Of a stretch of 64,000 nt of DNA, positions 29,837-37,962 are shown in pieces. The notes under the pieces were generated by a model that saw only the letters and a list, made by a program, of their open reading frames with translations, was not told the origin of the DNA and did not search any database. Position numbers and translations under genes: made by a program. Source of the stretch: an uncultured Candidatus Entotheonella sp. (GTDB lineage Bacteria; Tectomicrobia; Entotheonellia; Entotheonellales; Entotheonellaceae); contig OZ244252.1 in assembly GCA_965217185.1 (NCBI GenBank), forward strand, positions 1,184,001 to 1,248,000, in the 5' to 3' direction. Position 1 is the first letter of the stretch. Each line of letters starts with the position of its first letter.

Positions 29837-30541
29837 ATGCAGAGACGGCGCTTCATTGGATTAGCCACAGGGATCTTCGCTTTGGGAACCGCCCCCTTCA
29901 TGAGTGATGGCAGCGAGGCGGCAACGCCGAAGCGTTATCAACGTGTCAGACTGGTTGATGCCCAAGGGAATGGAATCAAGGCAGTTGCCTTGCAGGAGGA
30001 TGAAAATTACCTGTTCTTTTATCCCTACATGGGTACGCCGTGCTTTCTGTTAAACCTTGGTGCGGGGCATGACCGTTTGCGTATGGCATCGGCCTGTGAT
30101 ACTCCATGCGGATGGCCAGGGGGAGTGGGTCTTGAGCGGTCTATTGTTGCCTATGCGGCAATCTGCACGCATCAGGTGACACGCCCCTCTCCGAGAAAGA
30201 GCTTTATCAATTACAATCCTAAGAGTGATAAATCCGGCGAAGCATCAGGTCGGATCACGTGTTGCCTGCACGGGAGCATTTTCGATCCGGCACAAGGCGG
30301 AAAAGTAGTGGGTGGCCCGGCTCCCCAACCTTTGACGGCCATAGAACTCGACTATGACGAAGAGACGGACGGACTCCATGCCGTCGGCACCCATGGTGGG
30401 GAAGTTTTCAAGGCTTATTTCAAAGCCTATCGTAAGGAATTGAGGCAGGAATTTGGCCCTGCTCTGGCTCGGCAGGAAAGCTCCGGCGAGGCCGTTGTGA
30501 TGCGCCTGTCGGACTATACGAAACGCCAGTTTTTTTGTTGA
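29837..30541 (+). CDS. Tat-exported Rieske [2Fe-2S] protein with no cytochrome b partner
   Basis: MQRRRFI Tat signal; ICTHQ and TCCLHGSIFDP boxes; GPAPQPL. Confidence 0.9.
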   Translation: MQRRRFIGLATGIFALGTAPFMSDGSEAATPKRYQRVRLVDAQGNGIKAVALQEDENYLFFYPYMGTPCFLLNLGAGHDRLRMASACDTPCGWPGGVGLERSIVAYAAICTHQVTRPSPRKSFINYNPKSDKSGEASGRITCCLHGSIFDPAQGGKVVGGPAPQPLTAIELDYDEETDGLHAVGTHGGEVFKAYFKAYRKELRQEFGPALARQESSGEAVVMRLSDYTKRQFFC

Positions 30542-30585
30542 GCGGCGCCACTTTCAACGAGGAAGATTCACAGAGGAAGGTGGGA

Positions 30586-32037
30586 ATGAGAGAGAACATT
30601 TCACGACGCGATTTCTTGCGGCGGTCGAAGGGCGCGGTTGCTGGTGTGGCTGCGGCCGGCATGCTTGGCGGGTCGGGACAAATCAGCCAGGGAGCGGAGT
30701 CCTATCGTGGCACCCCGTCTCAGGACACGACGTATCATGGGGCCCAGAAGGGGCCGCCCCCGCGCCCGGCCGCGTTTGTTATTCACAAAAAAGCAGAATT
30801 GGCCGCCCCGAAAGGGCCGCGCGCGGTGGTTGTGGGTGGCGGCTGGGGTGGGCTTACCATGGCCAAGCATCTCAAATTGCAAAGCCCGGAAATGGATGTC
30901 GTGCTTGTTGAAACCAATTCCGTCTTCATTTCTTGCCCAATTAGCAATTTGTGGTTGGCAGGGCTGGTCGATCAAGGATTTATTACCCACAGCTTCCTCG
31001 ATGCGGCAACGAACAACAACTACACCTTCTTCAACGCGACCGTTATGGATGCAGACCGGGAGAAGCGCCGCGTCTACACGGACAAGGGTTATATTGATTA
31101 CGATTACCTCGTTCTCGCTCCAGGCATTGACTATGACTACGATGCCATTGGTGTGCACGACATTGAGCAGCAGCAGGCCGTGATGTCGCATTTTCCAGCG
31201 GCGTTCAAACCCGGTTCCGAGCATTTGACCCTGAAGGCCAAGATCGACAACTTCGAAGGCGGTTTGTTTGCGCTGACGGTGCCCAGCGGCAATTACCGTT
31301 GCTTGCCCGCTCCGTATGAGCGCGCCTGCATGATTGCTTCAGTCTTCAAGAAAAACAAGATCAAGGGGAAGGTGCTTCTTCTGGACCATAACCCGACGAT
31401 CAAGATCAAGCGGGAAGGCTTTGAAGCAGCCTTCCACGAGCTCTATAAGGACTACCTGGAATATTATCCTTCCGTAAGCATCGTCGGCGTGGATGTCGAG
31501 AAGAAGACCATCATGGGTGAATTCGACGACTATACCTTCGACGACGCCGCCATTTATCCGCGCATCCGGGGCGCCAAGCTGATCGAGAACTTGGGCTTGG
31601 TGAACAAGTACAGCCCGCAGAAAGAGGCCTGGATTGACCAGTTCCACAGCAACGTGGTCGGTGATGAGCGCGTATATGTTATCGGAGATTCGCGTCCGAC
31701 CGGTTTCTCCAAGAGCGGCAGCACGGCCCAAGAAGAGGCGAAATTCGTCGCCAGAGTTATTGCCGGAAGGATGAAAGGTCAAGAGATCAAGTGGGAGACG
31801 CCCTACACCAGTTGTTTCTCGATGGTGAACTCCGACCCCATGGAAGCCATTTATCTTGGTTTCAAATATCTCTCCCCGCAAGCCGGCATCACACCCATGG
31901 CGATGGAACGGGTCGTTGCCTTTTGGACCCATACGGGGGCAGCTTTTGCGTGGCGCGACCGGAAAATGGAACGCAGCGAGGAGATGGGAGAAGCCATGCT
32001 TGAATGGGCACGGGTCCACTACAACGAAATGTTCTAA
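30586..32037 (+). CDS. fccB: Flavocytochrome c sulfide dehydrogenase flavoprotein (FccB/SoxF family)
   Basis: SRRDFL Tat motif; VVVGGGWGG; FAD-attachment SCPISN; redox Cys pair in YRCLPAPYERA and TSCFSMV. Confidence 0.87.
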   Translation: MRENISRRDFLRRSKGAVAGVAAAGMLGGSGQISQGAESYRGTPSQDTTYHGAQKGPPPRPAAFVIHKKAELAAPKGPRAVVVGGGWGGLTMAKHLKLQSPEMDVVLVETNSVFISCPISNLWLAGLVDQGFITHSFLDAATNNNYTFFNATVMDADREKRRVYTDKGYIDYDYLVLAPGIDYDYDAIGVHDIEQQQAVMSHFPAAFKPGSEHLTLKAKIDNFEGGLFALTVPSGNYRCLPAPYERACMIASVFKKNKIKGKVLLLDHNPTIKIKREGFEAAFHELYKDYLEYYPSVSIVGVDVEKKTIMGEFDDYTFDDAAIYPRIRGAKLIENLGLVNKYSPQKEAWIDQFHSNVVGDERVYVIGDSRPTGFSKSGSTAQEEAKFVARVIAGRMKGQEIKWETPYTSCFSMVNSDPMEAIYLGFKYLSPQAGITPMAMERVVAFWTHTGAAFAWRDRKMERSEEMGEAMLEWARVHYNEMF

Positions 32038-32096
32038 AGGGTTAAAGCAACGTGGTTTTGAGTAATCCTCGCATGGCTGAGGGCGAGATTAACCCC

Positions 32097-32125
32097 TTGA
32101 CAAACGTGCTGACGGTATGCACGAT
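32097..32125 (+). promoter_or_regulatory. Sigma70-type promoter for iorAB
   Basis: TTGACA (32097-32102), 17-bp spacer, CACGAT (32120-32125). Confidence 0.5.
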
Positions 32126-32130
32126 ACGGA

Positions 32131-32310
32131 GGTGTCACTGAGAAACTAAGCCGCAAGGTTAAGTTGAAGAGGAACTGAATAGAGTCCCTGAACGTGACGT
32201 CGATGGGAGTGGCAACCACTGCCGGCCGTGTTTCACTCAAGGTGGAGCAACGGCGGTGTAGGGTTTGCCAAACGCGCTTGGCGCGCCAAGTAAAGGGAGA
32301 GGTCAGGTTT
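32131..32310 (+). ncRNA. Candidate structured 5' leader (unassigned cis-regulatory RNA)
   Basis: Manually paired stems: GGUGUCAC/GUGACGUC enclosing a GCAA-capped hairpin; AGUGG-CAA-CCACU; a 32225-32254 hairpin; and CUUGGCGCGCCAAG just before the RBS. Confidence 0.35.
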
Positions 32311-32763
32311 ATGAACATAACACTTACGGTAAACGGGAAGACCAGCACGATAGATGTGGATTCCGAAACCCCTCTTTTGTGGATTCTCAGAGAGCAGATG
32401 GGGTTGACGGGAACCAAGTACGGCTGTGGTATTGGAGAGTGCGGTGCTTGCACGATCCACATGAACGGAGAACCGGTGAAGTCTTGCGACAAGGCCGTCG
32501 GTAAATCTCTGAACGCGGACATTGTTACGATCGAGGGTCTGGGCGCCAACGGTCTCCATCCGGTGCAGCAGGCCTTCATCGACGACAACACGTCGCAATG
32601 CGGCTGGTGTATTCCTGGACAGATCATGGCAGCGGCCTCCTTGTTGGCGAACAACCCGGAGCCGACGGATCGCGACATCGACTTGGCGATGAAGGATCAA
32701 CTGTGCCGGTGCGGCGCGTACACGCGCATCCGCTCCGCCATCCACCGGGCCGCCAAGGCTTAA
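32311..32763 (+). CDS. (2Fe-2S)-binding subunit of a xanthine-oxidase-family molybdoenzyme (IorA-like)
   Basis: [24 protein letters not shown] and LCRCGAY motifs; ATG 32311 follows GGAGAGG. Confidence 0.93.
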   Translation: MNITLTVNGKTSTIDVDSETPLLWILREQMGLTGTKYGCGIGECGACTIHMNGEPVKSCDKAVGKSLNADIVTIEGLGANGLHPVQQAFIDDNTSQCGWCIPGQIMAAASLLANNPEPTDRDIDLAMKDQLCRCGAYTRIRSAIHRAAKA

Positions 32764-32781
32764 GAAGAGGAGTACTGCGAG

Positions 32782-34989
32782 ATGAGTCAAGCCATGGAAA
32801 TGAAGCGTAGAACCTTCATTCAGTCCGTTGCGACGGTTGGCGGCGCCTTGGTCGTGGGCTTTCAGTTGCCCTCGCGCTATGCCGAAGCCGCCAGCGACGT
32901 GCCTGAACTGAATGCCTGGGTGCATGTTGCCCCGGACAACACGGTTACCCTGCGGGCCAGCCAGACCGAGATGGGTCAGGGCCCCACCAACGGTAACCTG
33001 ATGATGTTTGCCGAGGAAATGGAGTGTGCCTGGCCGGTAAACTTCGAGTTCGGTTCCGGCCGTCCCGAGTACATCAACCCCCTGGCCGGTCTCCAGATCA
33101 CCGGTGGCAGTACTGCCACCCCTGGTTTCTGGGACGTGATGCGCAAGGCCGGGGCGCAGACCCGTCACATGCTGATCAACGCCGCTGCCAAGCAGTGGGG
33201 TGTCAGTGCGGACGAGTGCAGTGCCCGCAACAGCGTGGTGACACATGCCGGCAGCGGCAAGTCGGCCACGTTTGGTGAGCTCGCAGCGGCTGCGGCTCAA
33301 GAGACGCCGCCGGAAGAGCCGACCCTGAAGACGCCGGATCAGTTCCGCCTGATCGGTACGTCGACCCAGCGTCTGGACAGCAAGATGAAGGTGACGGGTG
33401 AGGCGATTTACGGCCTGGACGTTTCGGTGCCCGGCATGGTCGTGGCGGCTATCCGGCACGCCCCGTTTGGCGCCAAAATCGCCAGCTACGACGAGGCGGC
33501 GGCGAAGGCCGTTCCCGGCGTGCACGACGTGCTCGAAATTGGGCAAGCCGTCTATCCTGAGAACAGTGTGCCTTGCTTGATCGTCACAGCTGACACGTAC
33601 TGGCAGGCCGAGAAGGGTCTGAAGGCTGCCAATCCGACCTTCGACGGCAATGGTTGGGCTGGGCTCGACAGCGCCCAGATTCACCAGGCTTTCGTCGAGG
33701 GCGCCGAGGAAGCAGGGGCCTTGGGGCGTGTTGACGGCGATTTCGACGCTACCATTGCCTCGGCTGACAAGGTCGTGGAAGCCACGTACGAGGTGCCGTA
33801 CCTCAGCCATTCGCCGCTGGAGCCGATGAACTGCCTGGCCGATTACCGCGGCGATTCCCTGGAAATCTGGGCTGCGACGCAGAATCCGGGTGGCGGTTAC
33901 ATCATGGCCGAGAAGCTCACCGGACTGCCGCAGGACAAGATCAATATCCATGTCACCTTCGTGGGCGGCGGCTTCGGGCGTCGTGTCGAGGTGGACTATC
34001 TTGAGCAGGCCGTCGAGGCGTCCATGAAGCTGAAGAAGCCGGTCAAGCTCGTCTGGTCGCGCGAGGAAGATATGCAGAATAACTTCCACCGCCCGGCCTA
34101 CATGGCCAAGATGACTGCCGGTATCGATGCGGACGGCAAGCCCGTTGCTTGGCGGCATCGGAACGTCGGCCCCGGTATCTGGTTGTCACCTTACCGCTCC
34201 TCCAGGCTGAAAGACCTGTTTGCCGATTCCGACTTCTTGAAAGGCCAGCGCGAGAGCGGCGTCGATTTTCACGCTGTTCAGGGCGGCAAGGACATCGGCT
34301 ACGACTTCGCCAACCTGCAGGTCTCCTGGGTGCAGAAGGACTTTCCGGTACCCATCGTCTTCCTGCGCGGCGTCGGAAACACCATGAACTGCTTCTTCAT
34401 CGAGGGCTTCATCGATGAGATTGCCGAAGCGGTTGGCAAGGATCCGTATCAGTTGCGTCGTGAGTTGCTCCACAAAGAGCCGCGCATGCAGGCTGTTGTG
34501 GATCTGGCTGCTGAGAAGGCGGGATGGGGTAAGGAACTCCCGAAGGGTCACTACCAGGGTATGGCCTTCCACAACAGTTTCGACACGCCGTTTGCGGACG
34601 TGATCGAGATTTCGGTGCGTGGCGGTCGGCGGATCAAGATCCACAAGGTTGTCCGTGTTCTTGACTGCGGTATCGTCGTAAACCCGGATCAGGTCGACGC
34701 GCAGTGCCAGAGCGGCTTGGTCTGGGGTCTCACCATGGCTATGTACAGCGAGCACACTGTCAGGAATGCCAAGCTGGTCGAGAGCAATTTTGACAACTAC
34801 CGCTTGCTGCGCATTTCGCAGATGCCGGAGTACGAGGTACACACGGTGAAGAACACCAATTCCCCGACCGGTATTGGTGAGCCTGTATTCCATACGGTTA
34901 CGCCGGCGCTCGTCAACGCGCTTTATGCTGCGACGGGCAAACGTATCCGCTCCGTGCCTCTGAAGAATCACGGCTTCAGCCTGGCGTAA
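32782..34989 (+). CDS. Tat-exported molybdopterin-binding subunit (isoquinoline 1-oxidoreductase beta / aldehyde oxidoreductase-like)
   Basis: KRRTFI Tat motif; EMGQG, ITGGST, HSPLEPMN, VGGGFGRR and PTGIGEP. Confidence 0.92.
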   Translation: MSQAMEMKRRTFIQSVATVGGALVVGFQLPSRYAEAASDVPELNAWVHVAPDNTVTLRASQTEMGQGPTNGNLMMFAEEMECAWPVNFEFGSGRPEYINPLAGLQITGGSTATPGFWDVMRKAGAQTRHMLINAAAKQWGVSADECSARNSVVTHAGSGKSATFGELAAAAAQETPPEEPTLKTPDQFRLIGTSTQRLDSKMKVTGEAIYGLDVSVPGMVVAAIRHAPFGAKIASYDEAAAKAVPGVHDVLEIGQAVYPENSVPCLIVTADTYWQAEKGLKAANPTFDGNGWAGLDSAQIHQAFVEGAEEAGALGRVDGDFDATIASADKVVEATYEVPYLSHSPLEPMNCLADYRGDSLEIWAATQNPGGGYIMAEKLTGLPQDKINIHVTFVGGGFGRRVEVDYLEQAVEASMKLKKPVKLVWSREEDMQNNFHRPAYMAKMTAGIDADGKPVAWRHRNVGPGIWLSPYRSSRLKDLFADSDFLKGQRESGVDFHAVQGGKDIGYDFANLQVSWVQKDFPVPIVFLRGVGNTMNCFFIEGFIDEIAEAVGKDPYQLRRELLHKEPRMQAVVDLAAEKAGWGKELPKGHYQGMAFHNSFDTPFADVIEISVRGGRRIKIHKVVRVLDCGIVVNPDQVDAQCQSGLVWGLTMAMYSEHTVRNAKLVESNFDNYRLLRISQMPEYEVHTVKNTNSPTGIGEPVFHTVTPALVNALYAATGKRIRSVPLKNHGFSLA

Positions 34990-35015
34990 GTCGGCGTTGA
35001 AGTGGTGACGTGATG

Positions 35016-35049
35016 TCCGGCGGCCGGCTCCTACGGGGCGGCCGCCGGA
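35016..35049 (+). terminator. GC-rich hairpin after iorB (probable terminator)
   Basis: TCCGGCGGCC...GGCCGCCGGA stem followed by TTCATTT. Confidence 0.55.
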
Positions 35050-35097
35050 TTCATTTGGGGTGCTTTGTTCTTCTTGGAAAGCTGACAAGGTCGCCAC

Positions 35098-35538
35098 ATG
35101 CGTCGTTCGTTAATCCGGTTGCTTGCTGTTTCCATCCTCGCGATCTTTTTGGTCTCCCCTTCTTTGGCCGCAGAATCCCTTGCCGAAGACGACAAAGTAC
35201 GTTTTCTGGAATCCATCTGCCAAAACGTGCAGCGGGAGAGTCGTTGCATCAACAGCGGGAAACTCGTCCTCGGGCTCTCCATTGGCTGGATCATGTTCGA
35301 AGGTTGTTCGGTTTCCGGTGAAGTCGAAACAATGGTCGCGTGTTTTGACAGAGCCTCGTTGCTGGCTGCGGAGCTAACCGGGGATCAGGAGTTCCACAAA
35401 CAGTATCGTCACTGCCATCGTTTTCAAGGCGATCATAACGAAGATGCGATCGTACGCTGTTATCGAGAAGGTTTTAAGTACACTGTGCATACACTCAAGA
35501 AATATCACGGTGAAAGCGCTGTGCCTCCATCCGACTAG
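35098..35538 (+). CDS. Hypothetical secreted protein with six Cys
   Basis: Signal peptide MRRSLIRLLAVSILAIFLVSPSLA; six Cys in the mature part; no CxxCH. Confidence 0.7.
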   Translation: MRRSLIRLLAVSILAIFLVSPSLAAESLAEDDKVRFLESICQNVQRESRCINSGKLVLGLSIGWIMFEGCSVSGEVETMVACFDRASLLAAELTGDQEFHKQYRHCHRFQGDHNEDAIVRCYREGFKYTVHTLKKYHGESAVPPSD

Positions 35539-35643
35539 AATTTGCGTATCGACTGGTTTTGAGCCCCGACGTTACGTCCCTCTTCCCTCCCCTCCAGATT
35601 TAATGTGGCCCCTGCTCAATTTTTGTGAAAGGCGCGGTCTCTG

Positions 35644-36372
35644 ATGGTAACGCCTGCGGAACCCCATATCCTGAACACGGGCCTGTTGGCCCGCATGCAA
35701 CAGGTGCGTTCGATATTGTTCCGTCTTGTCATCGTGTTCCTGGGCACGAGTTTGCTGGCCTACCCCTTCGCCTCATATCTACTGGGCTTACTGGCTCGAC
35801 CGCTGGGGATGAAATTGGTCATGTACGCCCCTATGGAGGGATTCCTGGGCCACATCACCGTCGCCTTGGCGACGGGTTTTTGTCTGTCGGCGCCGTATAT
35901 CCTGTACACCCTTGGTCGCATGTTGCGCGCCATGGGCCTGTCGGCTGCTATGACGCGACGTTGTACGGTAGCTGCCGGAGGGCTTTTCCTGGTGGGGGCG
36001 AGCTTTTGTTACTTCGTTGTCTTGCCCGTTACGCTACGCTTCTTGCTCAGCTTTGGCGGGGAGAGCTTGGACACCGGCATTGCGGTGAGCAAGTATCTCT
36101 GGCTGACGCTAGGCTTGTCTGCTACTTGCGGATGCCTTTTTGAACTGCCTCTGGTGGTCGTCATCCTGCACACGATGGGTCTGCTGTCGCGCGAAGTCCT
36201 GACACAGAACCGACGGTACGCGATGTTGGGCAGTGCCGTGCTCACGGCTATTCTGACCCCGACTCCGGACGCTTTCACCATGAGCGCCCTGCTGCTGCCA
36301 CTGATCGCATTGTACGAGGTGAGCATCATTCTGGTGAGAATAGCGGAGGCAAGACAGGGAACCGAGTCCTAA
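35644..36372 (+). CDS. tatC: Twin-arginine translocase subunit TatC, divergent and standalone
   Basis: Six TM segments; FELP, NRRYA, LTPTPDAFTM and PLIALYEVSI motifs. Confidence 0.88.
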   Translation: MVTPAEPHILNTGLLARMQQVRSILFRLVIVFLGTSLLAYPFASYLLGLLARPLGMKLVMYAPMEGFLGHITVALATGFCLSAPYILYTLGRMLRAMGLSAAMTRRCTVAAGGLFLVGASFCYFVVLPVTLRFLLSFGGESLDTGIAVSKYLWLTLGLSATCGCLFELPLVVVILHTMGLLSREVLTQNRRYAMLGSAVLTAILTPTPDAFTMSALLLPLIALYEVSIILVRIAEARQGTES

Positions 36373-36384
36373 AGGACACTCATA

Positions 36385-37443
36385 TCACTCCTTCAAGACG
36401 GTTTCCCGCCCGGAATCCGTGTAGGACTTGAGCCGTCCTGCCAACAATTCCGCAAACGGTGTTGTGACTTCCATCCGTTCGAAAATAATCTTTAGAATCG
36501 CGGTTATGGGCGTTGCCAGAAACATCCCGACGATGCCCCAAAGCGTGCCCCAGAGGATCAAGGCGAGGAGTAGTGTGACAGGGTGCAGGTCAAGGGACTT
36601 GCCCATAAGTTTCGGGTCTACGATATTCCCGATGATGAACTGAATTACCAATGGCAACACGATAGCCAATACTCTGGCCGTGGGCGTGAGATCCGGGCTT
36701 ACCAACACCACGGGCAGAGGCAGGAGCGTGGCGACGATCGATCCCAAACTAGGGATAAAGTTAAGCAGGAAAGCAAAAACGCCGAAGACCAAGGCGAGGT
36801 CGACGCCAAGAAGGACCAGGGTGAGCCCAACGAGCACGCCGGTCAGCGCGGATACCAGCGCCTTAACAATGATGTAGCGTTGGATGCGAGACTGCACTTC
36901 CCCCCAGAATCCGGCCCGGGACATCTCCAGGCCTGTGCTGCCGACCAGCATGAAGCCGACAAATATCATCACCAGCAGACCGCTCGACACCCATCCCAGG
37001 AGTTCCCTTGTCACCGTCAGCAGCATGCTGCTGACGGTCGTGAGGGAAATGTCGGACAAGGACTCAACGGCCTGTTCAACCTGCCCGCCGAACCTTTCCA
37101 GTGGCAGGGCTGCCATGCCAGTGTCCAACAATTGCGCAAGTTGCTCTTGATAGACATCCCCCCGCGCCGCCAATTGCGCTACGGAAGATGAAATCAGGCC
37201 GCCAACCACACCCAGTATGACGAAGCTTGTCAGCAGCGTGGCCAGAAGCGCGACGGATCTTGGCAGATGCAGGTAACGCACCAACAAATCGATGAGAGGC
37301 ACCAAACCAAACGCGATGAGGACGGCAAAAACAAACGGGACCATGACCCCGCGTAGCCAGAAGAGCGCCACGGCAATTGCCACCATACTGACAATCAATA
37401 GACAAACTGTCTGGATCTGTTGTTCCTGTCCGGCGCCGTTCAT
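36385..37443 (-). CDS. AI-2E family transporter
   Basis: LNFIPSLGS, NIVDPKLMGKSLDLHP and WGIVGMFLATP motifs. Confidence 0.9.
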   Translation of the reverse strand: MNGAGQEQQIQTVCLLIVSMVAIAVALFWLRGVMVPFVFAVLIAFGLVPLIDLLVRYLHLPRSVALLATLLTSFVILGVVGGLISSSVAQLAARGDVYQEQLAQLLDTGMAALPLERFGGQVEQAVESLSDISLTTVSSMLLTVTRELLGWVSSGLLVMIFVGFMLVGSTGLEMSRAGFWGEVQSRIQRYIIVKALVSALTGVLVGLTLVLLGVDLALVFGVFAFLLNFIPSLGSIVATLLPLPVVLVSPDLTPTARVLAIVLPLVIQFIIGNIVDPKLMGKSLDLHPVTLLLALILWGTLWGIVGMFLATPITAILKIIFERMEVTTPFAELLAGRLKSYTDSGRETVLKE

Positions 37444-37455
37444 GTGGGTTCCTTG

Positions 37456-37776
37456 TTAACTCGGCTTCGGCGCCATACACACCAGCAACACCAATCGCTC
37501 GTTGCTCGTGTTGGTGACCCCGTGCTCGATCCCCGAAGGCGCCATGACCGTGCTGTTCGCCTGGAGTTCCTTGCTTTCGCCGCCGATGTGAAATGTGCCG
37601 CAACCCTCAAGAACGAAGTAAACCTTGTCGGAGCCGGCGTGAGCATGCACTTTTTGTTGCTGCCCGGGTTCAAAACAGTAGAGATCGCAGAACATTCGTT
37701 CGGTCTCAAAGAGATTGACCTTATTCATTTTCTCAGTGTTAAAAGCCTTGCAACTTGCCGCGTGCCTGACGTCCAT
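37456..37776 (-). CDS. Cupin domain protein
   Basis: EPGQQQKVHAH...YFVLEG and APSGIEHGVTN motifs. Confidence 0.88.
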   Translation of the reverse strand: MDVRHAASCKAFNTEKMNKVNLFETERMFCDLYCFEPGQQQKVHAHAGSDKVYFVLEGCGTFHIGGESKELQANSTVMAPSGIEHGVTNTSNERLVLLVCMAPKPS

Positions 37777-37962
37777 GATTCACACCTCAGAAGCTGAGAA
37801 ATGGGTGATAACTGGCGAGGGGATTCTCGCAAATCCCTTTGGGGATGTCTATCCATGATTGGCATCGCTGCCATTCTCATGTCGGTGGCGCAGCCGTCCC
37901 CGCTGTTGTATCATCCCGCAACACTCGAAAATGAACTGACTCAACCCTAATGTGAGATATTG

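Noticed and set aside
29380..30541. TGA stops after SoxY GGCG and Rieske FFC as possible Sec codons
   Set aside because: Both fall at the expected C-termini, are not at a conserved Cys position, and no SECIS-like hairpin was evident.
32131..32310. Assignment of the iorA leader to the Moco or TPP riboswitch class
   Set aside because: Only fragments (CUGAGA, a GNRA loop) match and the core consensus elements are missing; kept as an unassigned candidate.
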